Assembly (NCBI GenBank): GCA_965287045.1
Contig: OZ336877.1
Span: 80,786,001 to 80,850,000, forward strand
Length of the DNA stretch: 64,000 nt
From: Carcharhinus amblyrhynchos
Lineage: Eukaryota
Direction: 5' to 3'
Made by a program: the position numbers and the translations under genes. Positions 1 through 12,639 of the stretch are shown one piece after another; the first letter of the stretch is position 1; each line of letters opens with the position of its first letter. Under the pieces are notes generated by a model, which saw only the letters and a list, made by a program, of their open reading frames with translations, was not told where the DNA came from and did not search any database.

Positions 1-1189
1 GACTTCACGGACTTTTAAAAACAATGGTTGGGACCCAGTTCCTGAACTCCTTGCCCCATTCACGATATACCCAATTTTCATCAGCATGGGATAAGGGAAT
101 GGAGCGGGATCTGGGACAGGAGAGCTGAAAAAAAATGTTTTTGAAAATACTTTGCCTGATTGGATTTCTTAAGGTTTCCAGGTAAATTTTCTTAAGCTCT
201 GGGTAAGTTTGTCCTGTTAGGGCTAAAGTTGCATATTTAAGGCAGAACTTGGGTTTTCTTTTTGTGATATCCTGTTCACCTGTGCAAAAGAACAGGTTAA
301 AATTCCAACCTTCAGAAAGGCTAGGATTAGGTGAATCATTGTTGACATTTTCTCTGGCTACTGGGCTGATTCTGGTGGAACATCCTGTGCACCTGCTGAG
401 ATGGCAGGTTTAAGTCCAATTTCAAAATATTTCACTGTCCTGATTTTAACTGCATCCGGTCATTACACAATATTTCTGCCCTGGCCTAACTAGTGTTTTA
501 CAAAGGTTTCATATAACATCCTTGCATTTGTGCTCTCTGCCTCTTCTAATAAACCCAAAATGTGCCTCCGAACCCAATAATGACAGTTTCAGTCTGTATC
601 TATTTATTCCTGTTTTGAACAAATCTAAACAATGAAGTGCCCCATTTGAACGGGGCTGGAATAACCCACTGGAGCAAAGACCCTTCTCAACTTGTTCTGC
701 CACCCTCAGAAATCGGTAAACATACTCTATTTTTAACTTTCCTTTTACCATTCAGTGATTTGATTTGATTTGGTTTGGTTACAATGTGATTAACACATGT
801 GATATAGCGCATGACTTTGTGAATCTGGGTTAAGGCTATTTATCTCATGTTTATAATTATATTTTTGGTGTGAGAAGGTGTCCAAAATTGTTCGAAAGAC
901 ATCATCAGTAAAATGAACATTTTTTCTGTCTCTCCCTTCCTGAGTGCTGCAATTTGCACACTCCACTGATGGACTGATAATTTAAACATTATTTATAGCT
1001 GGTACGTGCTCAGTGAGGAGGATGGGATTAATGGATAATTTGGTACCATTATTATGATTGGTTGCTCAATTGTGCATTAGCTGTAATGTATCTAAGCTCG
1101 AAGAAAGTGCACTGAGAAATCCTATGGGGGCACTCAAAAAAAGATTAATCCTCATTAAATGCGTACCAGTGTGCTAAAAGTAAATAACA

Positions 1190-1650
1190 TTTATTTGTTT
1201 GTCTTCATTTTTCTCCCCCTCTGCTTGTCATCTTTCCTCATTCTCTCTCATTATTTCTTCCTCTTAACCTTTTTCTTTCTGGGCCTGTTATTGTTCATTT
1301 TGGAATGGATCTCTCAATCCTCTCATTTTCTCTCTCAAATTTGCCCTTAGCTGATCTCTCGTTTTGTTTTTATTGATCTCCATTTCTTTTGCTCCCTCTT
1401 CTTGCTTTCTTAATCTCTGTTTTGCTTTGTTCTATTCTCTTTTTACCTCAGGCTTGTGTTGCTCTTCTTGATTTCTATTTGTTTTTCTTTCTCCGCCTCC
1501 TTTTATTTTGTTCAAGCTGTTTCCCTTTACCGTTCCTTTCTGTCTCTCTCTTTTTCATCATTAAATTTAATTGCTCCAGCTTCTGTTTTCTTTCTCTCAG
1601 AATTTCTGCCTCTGTTGGCCTCCTTCTGACTCTCTTTCAACTCACCTTCT
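1190..1650. repeat. Pyrimidine-rich (CT) low-complexity tract
   Basis: Long C/T-rich run; the F/L/S-rich ORFs at 1159-1667 are compositional artefacts. A similar tract lies at ~2460-2770. Confidence 0.7.
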
Positions 1651-2231
1651 CATTAACAGGGGCATGACCACTGAGACTGCACCCACTCTTCAGTTAAGTA
1701 TGACCTTTTTGTACATCCATGAGCACATGTGGTTGCGATATTCTGGGGCGTTAACTGCTGCTGCTATCCTTTTGAAATACTGAATATGCATCACTTACAA
1801 AAACAAATACCCATTGAATGTAAAGATTTGGAAATCATACCCTGATTTTTCATGCATTCTCTGCAAAACCTATTGCAGGTTATAGCATCTATGTTAATTT
1901 GTGATGTGGTTTAGATCTGTCGAATTAATTTCCTTGGCAGAGCAGAATTCAGAGATTTCACTGAAAGATTAAACTCAAAGCTGGTTTTACATAGAATGCT
2001 GCTTTAGCATCATAATCAGCAGCTTAAAGTTGTTAGGAACATCTTGATGCATTAAGTTGTGGAAAATTAAATGGCTTCCTTGTCTGGCAATTTTAATCCC
2101 TATTCTGCAACTGGCAATCTAACCGCACTTCGTTGTTTCATGGTTATACCGCAGGTTATCTCATCTCCTGGATTCAGTGATGATAACTTTTTTAACTAAC
2201 TCACACTTGTAAAATAGGCCTTTCATTGTTT

Positions 2232-2365
2232 TATGATGAAGGGTCATATTGGACGTGAAGCAATTCTCTTTCTCTCTCCACAGATGCTGCCCGACCTACT
2301 GATTTTTACCAGTACTCTTTGTTTTTATTTCAAATCTGCAGCTTTCACAGTATTTTACTTTTATT
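2232..2365 (+). mobile_element. Penelope-like family 2 terminal repeat fragment with degenerate hammerhead-like motif
   Basis: Reads tgatgaagggtca..ggacgtgaag..ctctccacagatgctgcc.gacct..; the same family recurs at ~36350-36690, 49385-49425 and 54240-54390. Confidence 0.5.
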
Positions 2366-3590
2366 ACTGCAAATTGGCCACCTGTTAGAGAAACCCACTG
2401 ATATTAATTTCATTGTGGAAATGTAATTGTGGTGTGGTTTGAAAAGGCTACTGTTTTATTATCTCTGATCTCTCACCTCTGGCTCTCCTTCTATCATTGT
2501 GTGTATTTCTCTCTTTCTCATTCTGCTTCTCTTTAAACCCAATTTCATACTGTCTATATCTATGTATGTCTCTTGCTGACTGTCCTTTCCATCTTCCATT
2601 GAACTTATTACTTTCCTTTATCATTTCCTCTTAATCCTGGCCCCTTCTGTTTGTCTTCTTGTCTGCATCTCCCTCTGTTGCCTTCTGCTTCTCTCGCCTG
2701 CCTTTTGCTTCTGTCTGCTTAACCCTCCTTCAGCCTTCTACTGCTTCTCTATCTTTGTTTTAGCTATTTCTATCCACGTTGGGTTGTTGTTCACTTATGG
2801 TAAGGATTGGAAAAATTATTGGAAAGCAAAAAGATATGGACAATAGAAATAGGAACAGAAATAGACCATATGTCTCCTCGGGCCTGCTCCACCATTCAAT
2901 AAGATCATAGATGATCAAATTGTGTAGTTAACTCTACATCCCTGCCTGGTCCCCATGATGTGGAGATGCCGGTGTTGGACTGGGGTAAACACAGTAAGAA
3001 GCCTGACAACACCAGGTTTAAGTCCAACCAATTTATTTGATCGTAAACTCACAAGCTTTTGAGGTTCCCCTTTTCACTCGGCCAACTCAGCCAACGTTGT
3101 CTACCTAACACATCGCAAGAAAGGATGTCCGGAAGCATGGTACATTGGGGAGACCATACAGACACTACGACAATGGATGAATGAACATCGCTCGACAATC
3201 ACCAGACAAGAATGTTCCCTTTCTGTTGGCGAACACTTCAGTTGTCATGGGCATTCGGCCTCTGACTTTCGGGTAAGCACTCTCCAAGGCGGCCTTCGTG
3301 ACACACGACAGTGCAGAGTCGCTGAGCAGAGACTGACAGCCAAGTTCCGCACACGTGAGGACGGTCTCAACCGGGATCTTAGGTTCATGTTGCACTATCT
3401 GTAACCCCCATGACTTGCCTGGGTTTGCAAAACCTCACTTACTGTACTGTCTGGAGACAATACACATCTCTTTAACCTGTGATCAGTGCTCCTTCCACTC
3501 ACATTGTTAGCCGCTTTAAGACTTGAATAGCAGGTTAGGTGTAAAGATTTGCATTCTAATCAGTAATCTGTAAACTGTCTGTGCTTTATA

Positions 3591-4036
3591 AGAACATAAG
3601 AAATGGGAGCAGGAGTAGGCCATCTAGCCCTTCGAGCCTGCCCCGCCATTCAATAAGATCATGGCTGATCTGAAGTGGATCAGTTCCACTTTCCCGCTTT
3701 CTCCCCATAACCCTTAATTCCCTTCTCTGTCAAAAACCTATCTACCCATGTCTTAAATATATTTAGCGAGGTAGCCTCCACCACTTCAATGGGCAGAGAA
3801 TTCCAGAGATTCACCACCCTTTGAGTGAAGAAGTTCCTCCTCAATTCTGTTCTAAACTGCCCCCCCCCTTATCTTGAGGCTGTGCCCTCTAGTCCTGCTG
3901 TCCTTTCTGAGCGGGAAGAATCTCTCTACCTCTACCCTATCCATCCCTTTCATTATCCTATACATCTCTATAAGAACCCCCCTCATCCTTCTAAACTCCA
4001 ACGAGTACAGACCCAGTCTATTTAGTCTCTCATATA
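3591..4036 (-). mobile_element. Young CR1 LINE 3' fragment
   Basis: Highly similar to 12850-13300 in reverse, with an (agaacata)n tail. TSD tgctttata at 3582-3590 and 4037-4045; the uninterrupted sibling repeat at ~18320 has one copy. Confidence 0.9.
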
Positions 4037-4072
4037 TGCTTTATATGCTCTGTCTGAGGCCAGAACTCTTCA

Positions 4073-4110
4073 TTCATCTGACGAAGAGGGGAACCTCGAA
4101 AGCTTGTGAG
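4073..4110 (+). ncRNA. Minimal type I hammerhead ribozyme, intact core
   Basis: uucau-CUGACGA-A-GAGG(ggaa)CCUC-GAAA-GC-UU-gugag: core at 4078-4084, GAAA at 4098-4101, palindromic AGCU stem III, stem I uucau/gugag. AATAAA follows at 4121. Confidence 0.75.
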
Positions 4111-4321
4111 TTTCCTATCAAATAAATCGGTTGGACTTAAACCTGGTGTTGTCAGACTTCTTACTGTGCTCCCCATGAACCCTGACTCCCTCGTTAGTCA
4201 AAAATCTGTCCAAATCAATCTTGAATATATTCAGTGACCCAGCCTCCACTGCTTTCTGGGGAAGAGTCCAAATATTTATGACGCTCTGCCCTCCCCATAT
4301 CTGTCTTAAGTAAGACACTGT

Positions 4322-4780
4322 GGGAATGATCTTACCTTCTCCATCCATCAGTCAATAGGCAGGGTGAGCTGGTAAGATTGCAAGAGATTTGAAAAATCGG
4401 CTTCGCACCTGAATTCTCACCTCTCATGACCTTCCCAGATATCTGGCGGGACTATGCGCAAAGCTGGTTGTAATATAAATCAATGATAATATTGATATAA
4501 ATATTATGAGTGAGCCCGGGATGCAATCATCGTAGCAGCCTCGTCAGGGAAGGTCCTCACTAATGTGGGTCACGTATGGTCCTCATCAATGGGAACCTGT
4601 TATGATGGTCTTGTTGGTAGGGCCGGAGACCTTTGAGGCTTCTCTGGGAGGTCAGGGTCAGGAGCCCATTGGGCAGTGCCAGACTGGCACCCTGACAAAA
4701 CGGCTCACAGAATGGCATTCTCCATTAGCCTTAAGAAGAATCTTACTAGCCTCGGGTGGGCAAGGCAGTAAAATTCTGGC
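4322..4780. mobile_element. Short non-autonomous Harbinger-like derivative
   Basis: Shares gagctggtaa.at..caagaga..tgaaaaatc and cagtgcca..ctggcac motifs with 6002-7083 and 46045-47031; ends in gtaaaattctggc. Confidence 0.5.
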
Positions 4781-4898
4781 GTACATTTCAAATCATAAAC
4801 CTTCCATTGGAATAGAAAGGAGGGAGAACGTTACACTAAAATAAACTGCAACATAAAGTAGCAACTTTAAGAATAAACAGTTGACCTGGTGAGTGGGA

Positions 4899-5248
4899 GG
4901 GACGGTACAGTAGCGCAGTGGTTAGCACTGCTGCTTCACTGCTCCAGGGTCCTGGTATCGATTCCCAGCTCAGGTCACTGTCTGTGTGGAGTTTACACAT
5001 TCTCCTTGTGTCTGCGTGGGTTTCCTCCAGGTACTCCAGTTTCCTCCCACTGTCCAAAGATGTGCGGGCTAGGTTGATTGGTCATGCTATGAAATTGCCC
5101 CTCAGTATCCAGGGATGTGTAGGTTAGAGGGATTAGTGGGTATAATATGTAGGGATATGGGGTTAGGGCCTGGGTGGGATTGTGTTCGGTGCAGACTCGA
5201 TGGCCCGAAGGGCCTCTTTCTGCACTGTAGGGTTCTATGATTCTATGA
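4899..5248 (+). mobile_element. tRNA-derived SINE (HE1/V-SINE-like) with CR1-type tail
   Basis: Pol III A box tagcgcagtgg, B-box-like ggtatcgattccc, central tctgcgtgggtttcctcc.gg domain, (tctatga)n tail. Confidence 0.85.
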
Positions 5249-5364
5249 CTGTTTTGCACTGAGGCCATACATTTATGAAATACTTTAAAAAAAGAGAAGA
5301 AAGTTGGGGGGGGGGGGGTGTTAAGATGGAGGAGAAAGGTTAAAATCTAAAGTTGCCAAACACA

Positions 5365-5556
5365 CCATTGAGCCTAACTAGAAGATGAGATGCTGCTCCT
5401 CCAGCTTGCACTGGTCTTTACTAGAGCACTGCAGCAGCACTGACATATGTTCAGGAGAGCAAGGTGCTGAGTTAAAATGGCACGCAACAGGAAGATTGGG
5501 GTCATGCTTGCAGACTGACCAAAGGTGTTCCGCAAAGCAGTTATCCAGTCTTTGCC
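5365..5556 (-). mobile_element. Penelope-like family 2 GIY-YIG fragment
   Basis: Minus frame reads QRLDNCFAEHLWSVCKHDPNLPVACHFNS..QCKLEEQHLIF*LG, matching the PLE endonuclease C-terminal motif. Confidence 0.75.
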
Positions 5557-6001
5557 AGACATGATATGGAATTGCTTTCAGGCCCCGAACCAGCCTCCAA
5601 TCACAGACTGTGATTGAGACTGGGCCAATCCTTTAGTTGGCATGGAGACAGGTTCCCCGTCCAACTCAGGGCAACAGGCAGGCTCTGAAAGCTGGAAGAC
5701 CGATCAGAGGCCTTTGGGCGTCAGAGAAGCAGCAATTTGCAGTAAAGGAGGAGTTAGTAGGAGGGCATATCAACAGGAATGTGTTTGCCAACCAACGTAT
5801 TTAAAAATGGAAGAAGAGCATTACTATGAGGGTGGGGGGAATAGGGTGTTGAAGGAGGAATCTGTCTTTGGGTGGCCTATGGCCACACCCACATGTTGAC
5901 GTGCAAAAAGGGCCTGCAAGCTTGTCTGGAGATCTGGGTCCCCAGCCTGTTATTGGGCAGCCATCTCCAGGAAGTTTTACTGTCCCAATCATAGAGTCAA
6001 A

Positions 6002-7083
6002 GGCTAGATTTTTGCCAGCTTGCCCTGCCCATTGATGGGGGAGCCAGCTGGTAAAATCAAGTGAGAGCTGAGAAATCAGGATTACACCTGATTTCTTGAC
6101 TCTTGCGAACTTTATGGTAATTTATTTTAATGTTATTTTAATGTTAATTCTCATGGCATTAGTGAGCCCAGTGCTCAATTTCTTCAGTTCTCTCCGGCGA
6201 GGAAAACAATTGTTACCTATGAACAGTGACGGTCATTTTGGCTTTGTCGGTAGAACTGGAGGCCATTTAGGCCCCCCCAGGGAAGCCAAGGGGGATGTCT
6301 TTCCTTAAGCAGTGCCAACCTGGCAGTGCCAGCGTGGCACCTCAGTAATGTCCTTTGGGACCTATTGGGTGGGGCCTATGGGGCAGGGCTTATGGGGGGG
6401 GTGGGACCTATGGGGGCTGGGCCAGGCTGAGACAGGCTGACCTGGAGGGGAAGGGGAGCCACTGTGCACTCTGCCTGTGATCAGGTCAGGGAGGGAGAGA
6501 GGCCCGCTGCTGCTCTGCATCGCAATTGGATTGGGGGCCACTCTGCACGCAATCGTTCAGATGAGGGGGGACAATTAGTTTGGCTGGTGGAGTGGTTGGA
6601 ATCAGGGGCTACATGTCTGTGCGGTGTGGGGCTTGTGATCGGTCATGGCAATTGCAGGGGAGGGTAAGTTTGTGAAGTTGCCTGCAATTGCAGGGGCCTG
6701 AAAGATCTCTCTCTCTCTGTCTGTCAGACCTCTGCTGTTGGAATTGCACATGAGCATGACCAGAGTTCTGCACATGTGCAATAGCTCCCTCTGCAGGCTA
6801 GCTGGCAATTTAAGCACAGTAAAAAGTCTGACAACACCAGGTTTTAGTCCAACCTATTAAATAGGTTGGACTAAAACCTGGTGTTGTCAGACTTTTTACT
6901 GTGTTTACGCCAGTCCAACGCCAGCATACCCACATCATGACAATTTAAGCACAGCCCATACATGCGGCAGCTAGAAATGGGTTAGCCCATATTTTCAATG
7001 CCTAAATCTGTAGAATTGGGCATGAAAACTTGCCCAAAAAATGGATCAGGAATTTTCCCATTTTCACACTAACTAGACACCAA
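6002..7083. mobile_element. GC-rich ~1 kb non-autonomous Harbinger-like element (family M1); right end lost
   Basis: Collinear with 46045-47031; its right end matches the reverse complement of the left end of the Harbinger at 29498. Confidence 0.65.
6815..6940. mobile_element. Mini fold-back Penelope terminal-repeat insertion with a perfect palindrome
   Basis: 44-bp arms at 6815-6858 and 6860-6903 with a 1-nt spacer; TSD caatttaagcacag at 6806-6819 and 6941-6954. Confidence 0.85.
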
Positions 7084-7928
7084 GGGCCTTATTTTACCAT
7101 TTCGATTTTCAGTGCTGGGCTGAAACTGGGAATGTTTCAGATCTAAATTTTAGACCCATTCTCAGGTGCCCCCACACAGAACCTGCCTGAAAAAAATCAG
7201 CAATTCCAAATCATGCTGCAGAAGCCTTGGGTGGGGCTTAACGGCCCAAAATCCTGCAGCCCTGATTCGCGCCTCCAACAGTGCGTGCGCAGCAAAAAAA
7301 ATGATAGAATGCGGCTCCCCTGCCACATCGCTCCCGAGTCGGATAATGCCTCTCCCTGGCCCTCACATACATTGCTCCAGGCCCACCTTACCCCCCACTC
7401 CCCTCCACGTAGACCAATCATAGGCCCCTGCCGCCTTCCCTCTCGCTGATCTCAGGCAGTGTGGCAGTGGACCCCCACCTCCCCCTCACTGATCACAGGC
7501 AGAGTGGCAGTGGACTCCCCCTTCTTGCCCACCACCGATCTCAAGCAGAGAGCCGTTGGACCCACCTCCTCCCCTCCCACCGATCTAAAGCAAAGAGCCG
7601 TCAGAATCTTGGCATTTACCTCCTCACTAACCGGAGCGCCAGAAATGGACTTTTGTGGAGCATGTCTGCTTTGCACTGATTCTGGATAGGGGGACAAGGA
7701 GGTAAAGGGGGAAATGGCACTAACATTGGGCATGCAGCACATTAAGTCAATTTAAATGCATGCAAATGGCTGTCGCACCCATTTCAGGTGTGGTCCTGAT
7801 TGCAGTCATTTTTGGGCCTTGGTAAAGGGGGAACTGGTGTGGAACCGGATGTGGATCGTGCTGCTCAAATCACTTTACTAAGTTTTCGTGCCCGAAGTCA
7901 GATGCAACTTGATGGTAAAATCGAGCCC
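7084..7928 (+). mobile_element. MITE-like DNA transposon (family M2) with terminal inverted repeats
   Basis: TIRs gggccttattttaccat / atggtaaaatcgagccc; an inverted sibling lies at 29601-30230. Confidence 0.75.
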
Positions 7929-10452
7929 ATAGTGTTGTACAACACAAAAAAGGCCCTTCGACCCATCAAGTGTACAGTGACAATAGATCGGAATCAGACA
8001 ACCAGATTGGAAAACTGTAGGCCCTCAGTCAGTCTCCTTTAATTGTTTCTTTGAATGCTCTTACTGAATCCAATTGGCTGCCTGTCGGCCTTGGTATTTT
8101 AGGCCCTGTCTGGCTCCATTTGTGATCTTGTTGGGGTCACAGAATTATGTCCAGGATGTCATGGGCCTGGAGTGGACAGGACAACAAGAGTATCTCTTTA
8201 CCAATGAAATTTAAGAATTGGGAAATAAAGAAAAGACTGAGAAGAAGAATGAACTAAAGAGACTGAATTCAATGTTAAATTAGGTACAGAAAGAGAAATA
8301 GAGAAGGGGTGCATAATTGGATTTCATGACAGAAAGGGAAAAATTGAGTTCTAAAACTTCCTGACAAAATTTCAAAACTTGAAGATATGAGATGCCAAAC
8401 TTTGAGTATGTTTGGTGCTGGGTAAGTTTATTGACTGTACATCAACACTCATCATGTCATTAAAAGGGTACTTATGTTTGTAATGGCAAAAATTTGCTTT
8501 CTAGTTTATTATGCAATCAATGGGTGAAGTCCCTTAAAACACGTGAAGCTAAGGGCAAGATGAAGCCAATGGCAAAATGTTGCAACTTGCCAGTAACTTG
8601 TGGACAGCAGCATTTGACTGTGTATGTATCTGCTCCTTGCCTGAAGTTGCTGTACCATTTACACATAAATAATGACGAGCGTCATTAGTTTCTCCATTAA
8701 ATTGATAGCAAATTCAGGCTGGAATGTTACACTGCATTAGAGAATGCTTTACTGAAGTGGGAGCTGAAGCATGATATTAAGTCAGTGCAGAGAAAGCTTT
8801 CTTTGATGCTGAGACTGGGTATCTGAAGTGTAAAAATACAATCGCTCAATGTTAGCAATCCTCAACGTCAAAAGCAATTAAAAAAAGGTGAAGTGAGAAA
8901 ATAAATCATGCATGGTGGGATCGATCCAACTTGGCCACAGGTATAGGCCATTTGAGGGTTGAGGAAACAGGATCTGGTGGGGGATGTACGATGTGCCCCC
9001 TCCTGTTGATTCCTATCTTTAGGATTTTATAAATGACAAATTTCATAGGCACAGGGTTTTGGCGCAAACACAATCCTGTTGTATAGGAAAAAAACCCCAA
9101 ATGCCATAATACAAGGGTTCTGTTCTAGTGCAAATTACAATGCACAACGCTTGACTGGTTAGCCCGAGTTACTTCCCATTCCCATTAACACATAAAAACA
9201 ATGACTTGTTAATAAAAGCCTCCATTGAAAAACCAGAGGACAAAACCTTATTCCAATCCAAACCCCCTCAGAATTTAAAGTAAATTATCCTGAAACCTCA
9301 GCCCAATATCCCTCAGACCTGGCTGATAACTTACCAGCCCCTACACAGTTTATCCTTGCGGTGAATGTTGTAGGTTCATGAATCATGTTGACCATTTCTG
9401 ACACTCCTTGGTGACCACAGTCCCAAACCTTCAACAATGTCAACATGATATGGGCTGAAAACACAATTCCCACACAGCCAGCCTTGTCCAGTGTTGAAAG
9501 TAGGCATGAGTCAAGCCCTAGCCCTTCTTCTGACTGCAGTGCCAGAGCCTGCGATCTTGATCTTTTGTTGCGATTCTTATTAAAAATATCAAACACATTT
9601 CCTGAAGACATTTTGCTGGATGGTCAATGCTTAGTATTTTTCATCTCTTTAGATTCATACCTGCTTTGGTCCAGACAAACCCATTCATCGCTGATGTTGT
9701 TCCTGTGACTAAAACTATGGACCCCAAGACCACAAGCAGTCCTAAGAGGAATTGTCATGGATGCTGGAGACAATTAAATCCTGGGTTTTATCGATGGGGA
9801 AGGAACAAGTACTCAAGAGGGGAGGGTGTGAGGGAAAGCAGGTTTTGGAGGTCAGGTCAGAAGGTATAAAGTGAGGTGGGCATGATATTGGGGGATACCG
9901 CTGATGCAAACAGGGCAATCCCTAATGTAAGCCTCTCCCTTCTTTTCACCAACTGCGGTGAGAAAGCATCCTTTCCACTCCTACTCACTGCCCAGTGCCC
10001 AGTGTATTATGGCAGTGGAGGTGGATTGAGGGCCCTAAGTGGGCAATAATTGGCTATTTTATGGCCTCATTAGGCCAATGGGCAGGCATACTAGTGGGTG
10101 CCTTGCCTACCTCAGTATGAGGGGTGGAGAGAAGGTGGTGGGCCATCCAATTGAAACATGCCTGGTGGGAGCTGTGAAGTCCAGCTCCATTTTAGAAAAT
10201 ACAGGCAAAAGGCAAAAATTAACAATGTCAACTACTGTACGTTTCTGCATATGAAATTGTTGGCTTAATAATGTACGAAAATAATTGTCCTCACACTCTC
10301 ATGGCTGATGCTGAATTATTTAACATACCTATTAACAAAGAAAAATATTTTTAAAACAAAATTTTCTTTTTTTTAAAGTACCTACTATGTTAGGATCCCT
10401 AAATCCACCATTGCTGCCATGAATTCATATTTGTTGTTAATCTGTTGCACAG

Positions 10453-10502
10453 AGAACATGTTTCAGAACTCATTGAAAATCAACAGTACATCAAGGACAT
10501 TG
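10453..10502 (+). CDS. Candidate 50-nt internal exon of an unidentified host gene (EHVSELIENQQYIKDI)
   Basis: Acceptor ttgttgttaatctgttgcacag, donor G|gtaaag, open protein-like frame in repeat-free DNA; no homology recognised. Confidence 0.3.
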
Positions 10503-11294
10503 GTAAAGTATGCCATGTCATGGAAATGGAATTAGAGCTTTTAAAATGAAAACAATGTCACTGCTGCATCTTGCTTTACTTACATTATATTTTCATGCTG
10601 TTACATTTTTTGTGTGATGAATTTAATCTTGTTGAAAAGTAATTATGGATAAGTCTTGTCAATGATTTGCTGAGTGCAATTGAATAAGATGAGTCCTTGC
10701 TGCACCATACAGATATGCTTTTAAAGTACCAAACGATATTCTTTGGAATTAGCTCAGGCAGACATATTCCTGGTTTTTCATTTATGTTACAGAGGGAACA
10801 CAAAATCTGGATCCATAATTTCCTCCCTTTCTCAAAATGTGTAAATAAATCGATGGGAGTAAAAAATCATGCTAACAGGTTCTAGAATCTGAAGGTTGCT
10901 ACCACTCCCAAAATTGATGAATATTCACTCACAAAAACTAACTAAAAGGTTAACATTTTTCATGTTAATCCTTCATTAAATCTATTTTGATGAAACTTTT
11001 GCAGTAGCACAACTAGTAGATGTGATAACCTTGCTTTGAATCAAACCTGCATTAGTGAACTTTATAAATGAGATGATTTCCACCCTATTGAGAATGATTG
11101 TATAAGGCTTCATCATACATGTGTTCATGAACTCCAAAATTCTTGAGTTGGGAGGAGGGCGTCAATTGAAAAATACACATTTTGCAGGCCAGAAATTTCA
11201 GAAACAGCCAAAACATGCTGGATTTCTATGGAAAAACTTAAATTCTATTGGGTTCCAGGGGACACTCACTCTGCCAATGGCAGCTATTTCAAAT

Positions 11295-11460
11295 TAGTAA
11301 GAAGTCTCACAACACCAGGTTAAAGTCCAATAGGTTTATTTAGTTGCAAACGCCACTAGCTTTCGGAGCGCTGCTCCTTTGTCAGGCTGCTCCTGGTGTT
11401 GTGGTGATGTGAGACTTCTTACTGTGTTTACCCCAGTCCAATGTCAGCATCCCTGCATCA
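11295..11460. mobile_element. Mini fold-back Penelope terminal-repeat insertion with an inactivated hammerhead on the minus strand
   Basis: 14-bp TSD cagctatttcaaat at 11281-11294 and 11461-11474; minus strand ~11353-11385 reads cugacAa-a-ggag cagcg cucc-gaaagcua (G8>A). Confidence 0.85.
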
Positions 11461-12639
11461 CAGCTATTTCAAATGACAGAGTTATAATGGGGTGATTTCA
11501 TTGGTCCTAAAATATGAGTTCTGCCTTCCAATTGGTCTTGTTATTGTATAAGCCCAAAGAGTGTGGCCCAGTCTAAAAAGGTGCAGTTTGACAGCACCTG
11601 TTCATCAAGATGGAAGTATGAGCTTGAAGGAATAGTGCTTACCTTAGGTTGCATGTGGAGACTCTTGGCCAAATCTTTGGACTCACTGCAGGCTCTGCCT
11701 ACTTTGCATATTATGATAACCTTGGAAACCGTTGTTTTTTCAAGTGAATTTCTGACCCAGAATTTAAGACCTGCATAATTAACCTTTTACATAATCTCCC
11801 GTTGCTGCAGCACCCATACAGCAGAAGAGGCATTTTGGAAGAGTGTTCCAGGAACTCTGTCTAAGAATAATGTGCTTTAGTCGGGAAGACTTAGAGGAGT
11901 TCAGTTCATTGTTACAGATGAACTTCAATCAAGATCCATTAGATAGACAGCTCGGATTGTGCAAAGAAAACAACCATTGCTTTTAACTTCTATGTGACAA
12001 TCTAATTCCAAAAAGACACAGGGGACATTTGCCAGTCCAGTCAATTTTCTGTGAACTCCTCTATTAGGAAAGAACACAATTCCTTCTATGTGAAGGCAAC
12101 TCAAATCATTCAAATAATGTATTCAGACATATGATTGAAGAGTCATTAAATTTCTTGGAATTGCCAGATTTTCCTGGGCTTTTAAGGCTATAGCTACTGC
12201 CCATGTGGCCTCTGTCCCAAATGAAACCCCATTTTTGCATGAGCTGAAAAGGTTTGTTTCCTTAATTGTACAGCTCAATGCTAGCTGCAACCTGAGAGTT
12301 GTCTTGATCCCAGAATCGGGGCGGGTGAGGCCTGCAGAATGGAATTCTTCATTGGCTTCGTGTGGGATTTTACAAGCCTTGCCTGAGCTAGGTCGTAAAA
12401 TCCCAGCCATACTGTGTCAGTCTAGTATTTTACCTTTATTTTAACAATAGGGATAAAGGACAGATGGCTGCTTGGTGACAAGAAATGCCCACTTTTATGG
12501 CTCTTCTGAACCAGTGCTACAGGGCACTGTTACAGTGTAGCAGATGTGAACACAGCAATAGGAATTGTGCGTGTTATTAGCAAGCTGACAGGCAGGACTG
12601 ATGTTTGGATGGGTCCAGAGCTTTTTTAAAATACACTTT

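Larger units (their letters stand above)
2959..4169 (+). mobile_element. Penelope-like element (family 1): inverted terminal-repeat piece, GIY-YIG endonuclease 3' end and terminal repeat, interrupted by a young CR1
   Basis: 3076-3404 encodes ..NVVYL..C.EAWYIGET.QTLRQWMNEHR..EQRLTAKFRTREDGLNRD, the GIY-YIG C-terminus of PLEs; 2959-3075 is the reverse complement of the terminal-repeat end; 9-bp TSD. Confidence 0.85.
2845..4290 (-). mobile_element. Old CR1 LINE 3' end (pieces 2845-2958 and 4170-4290), split by a Penelope insertion
   Basis: CR1 3'UTR motif (cctgctccaccattcaataagatcat) continues after the insert; tccccatga is duplicated at 2950-2958 and 4170-4178. Confidence 0.75.

Noticed and set aside
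1159-1783. Hydrophobic, membrane-protein-like ORFs
   Set aside because: Translation of CT-rich low-complexity sequence.
4899-4970. tRNA gene
   Set aside because: The A/B boxes belong to a SINE head; there is no complete cloverleaf.
9285-9611. 108-aa ORF with LKVWDCGHQ, resembling a GTPase G3 motif
   Set aside because: No P-loop or other GTPase motifs and no clear splice sites; probably chance.
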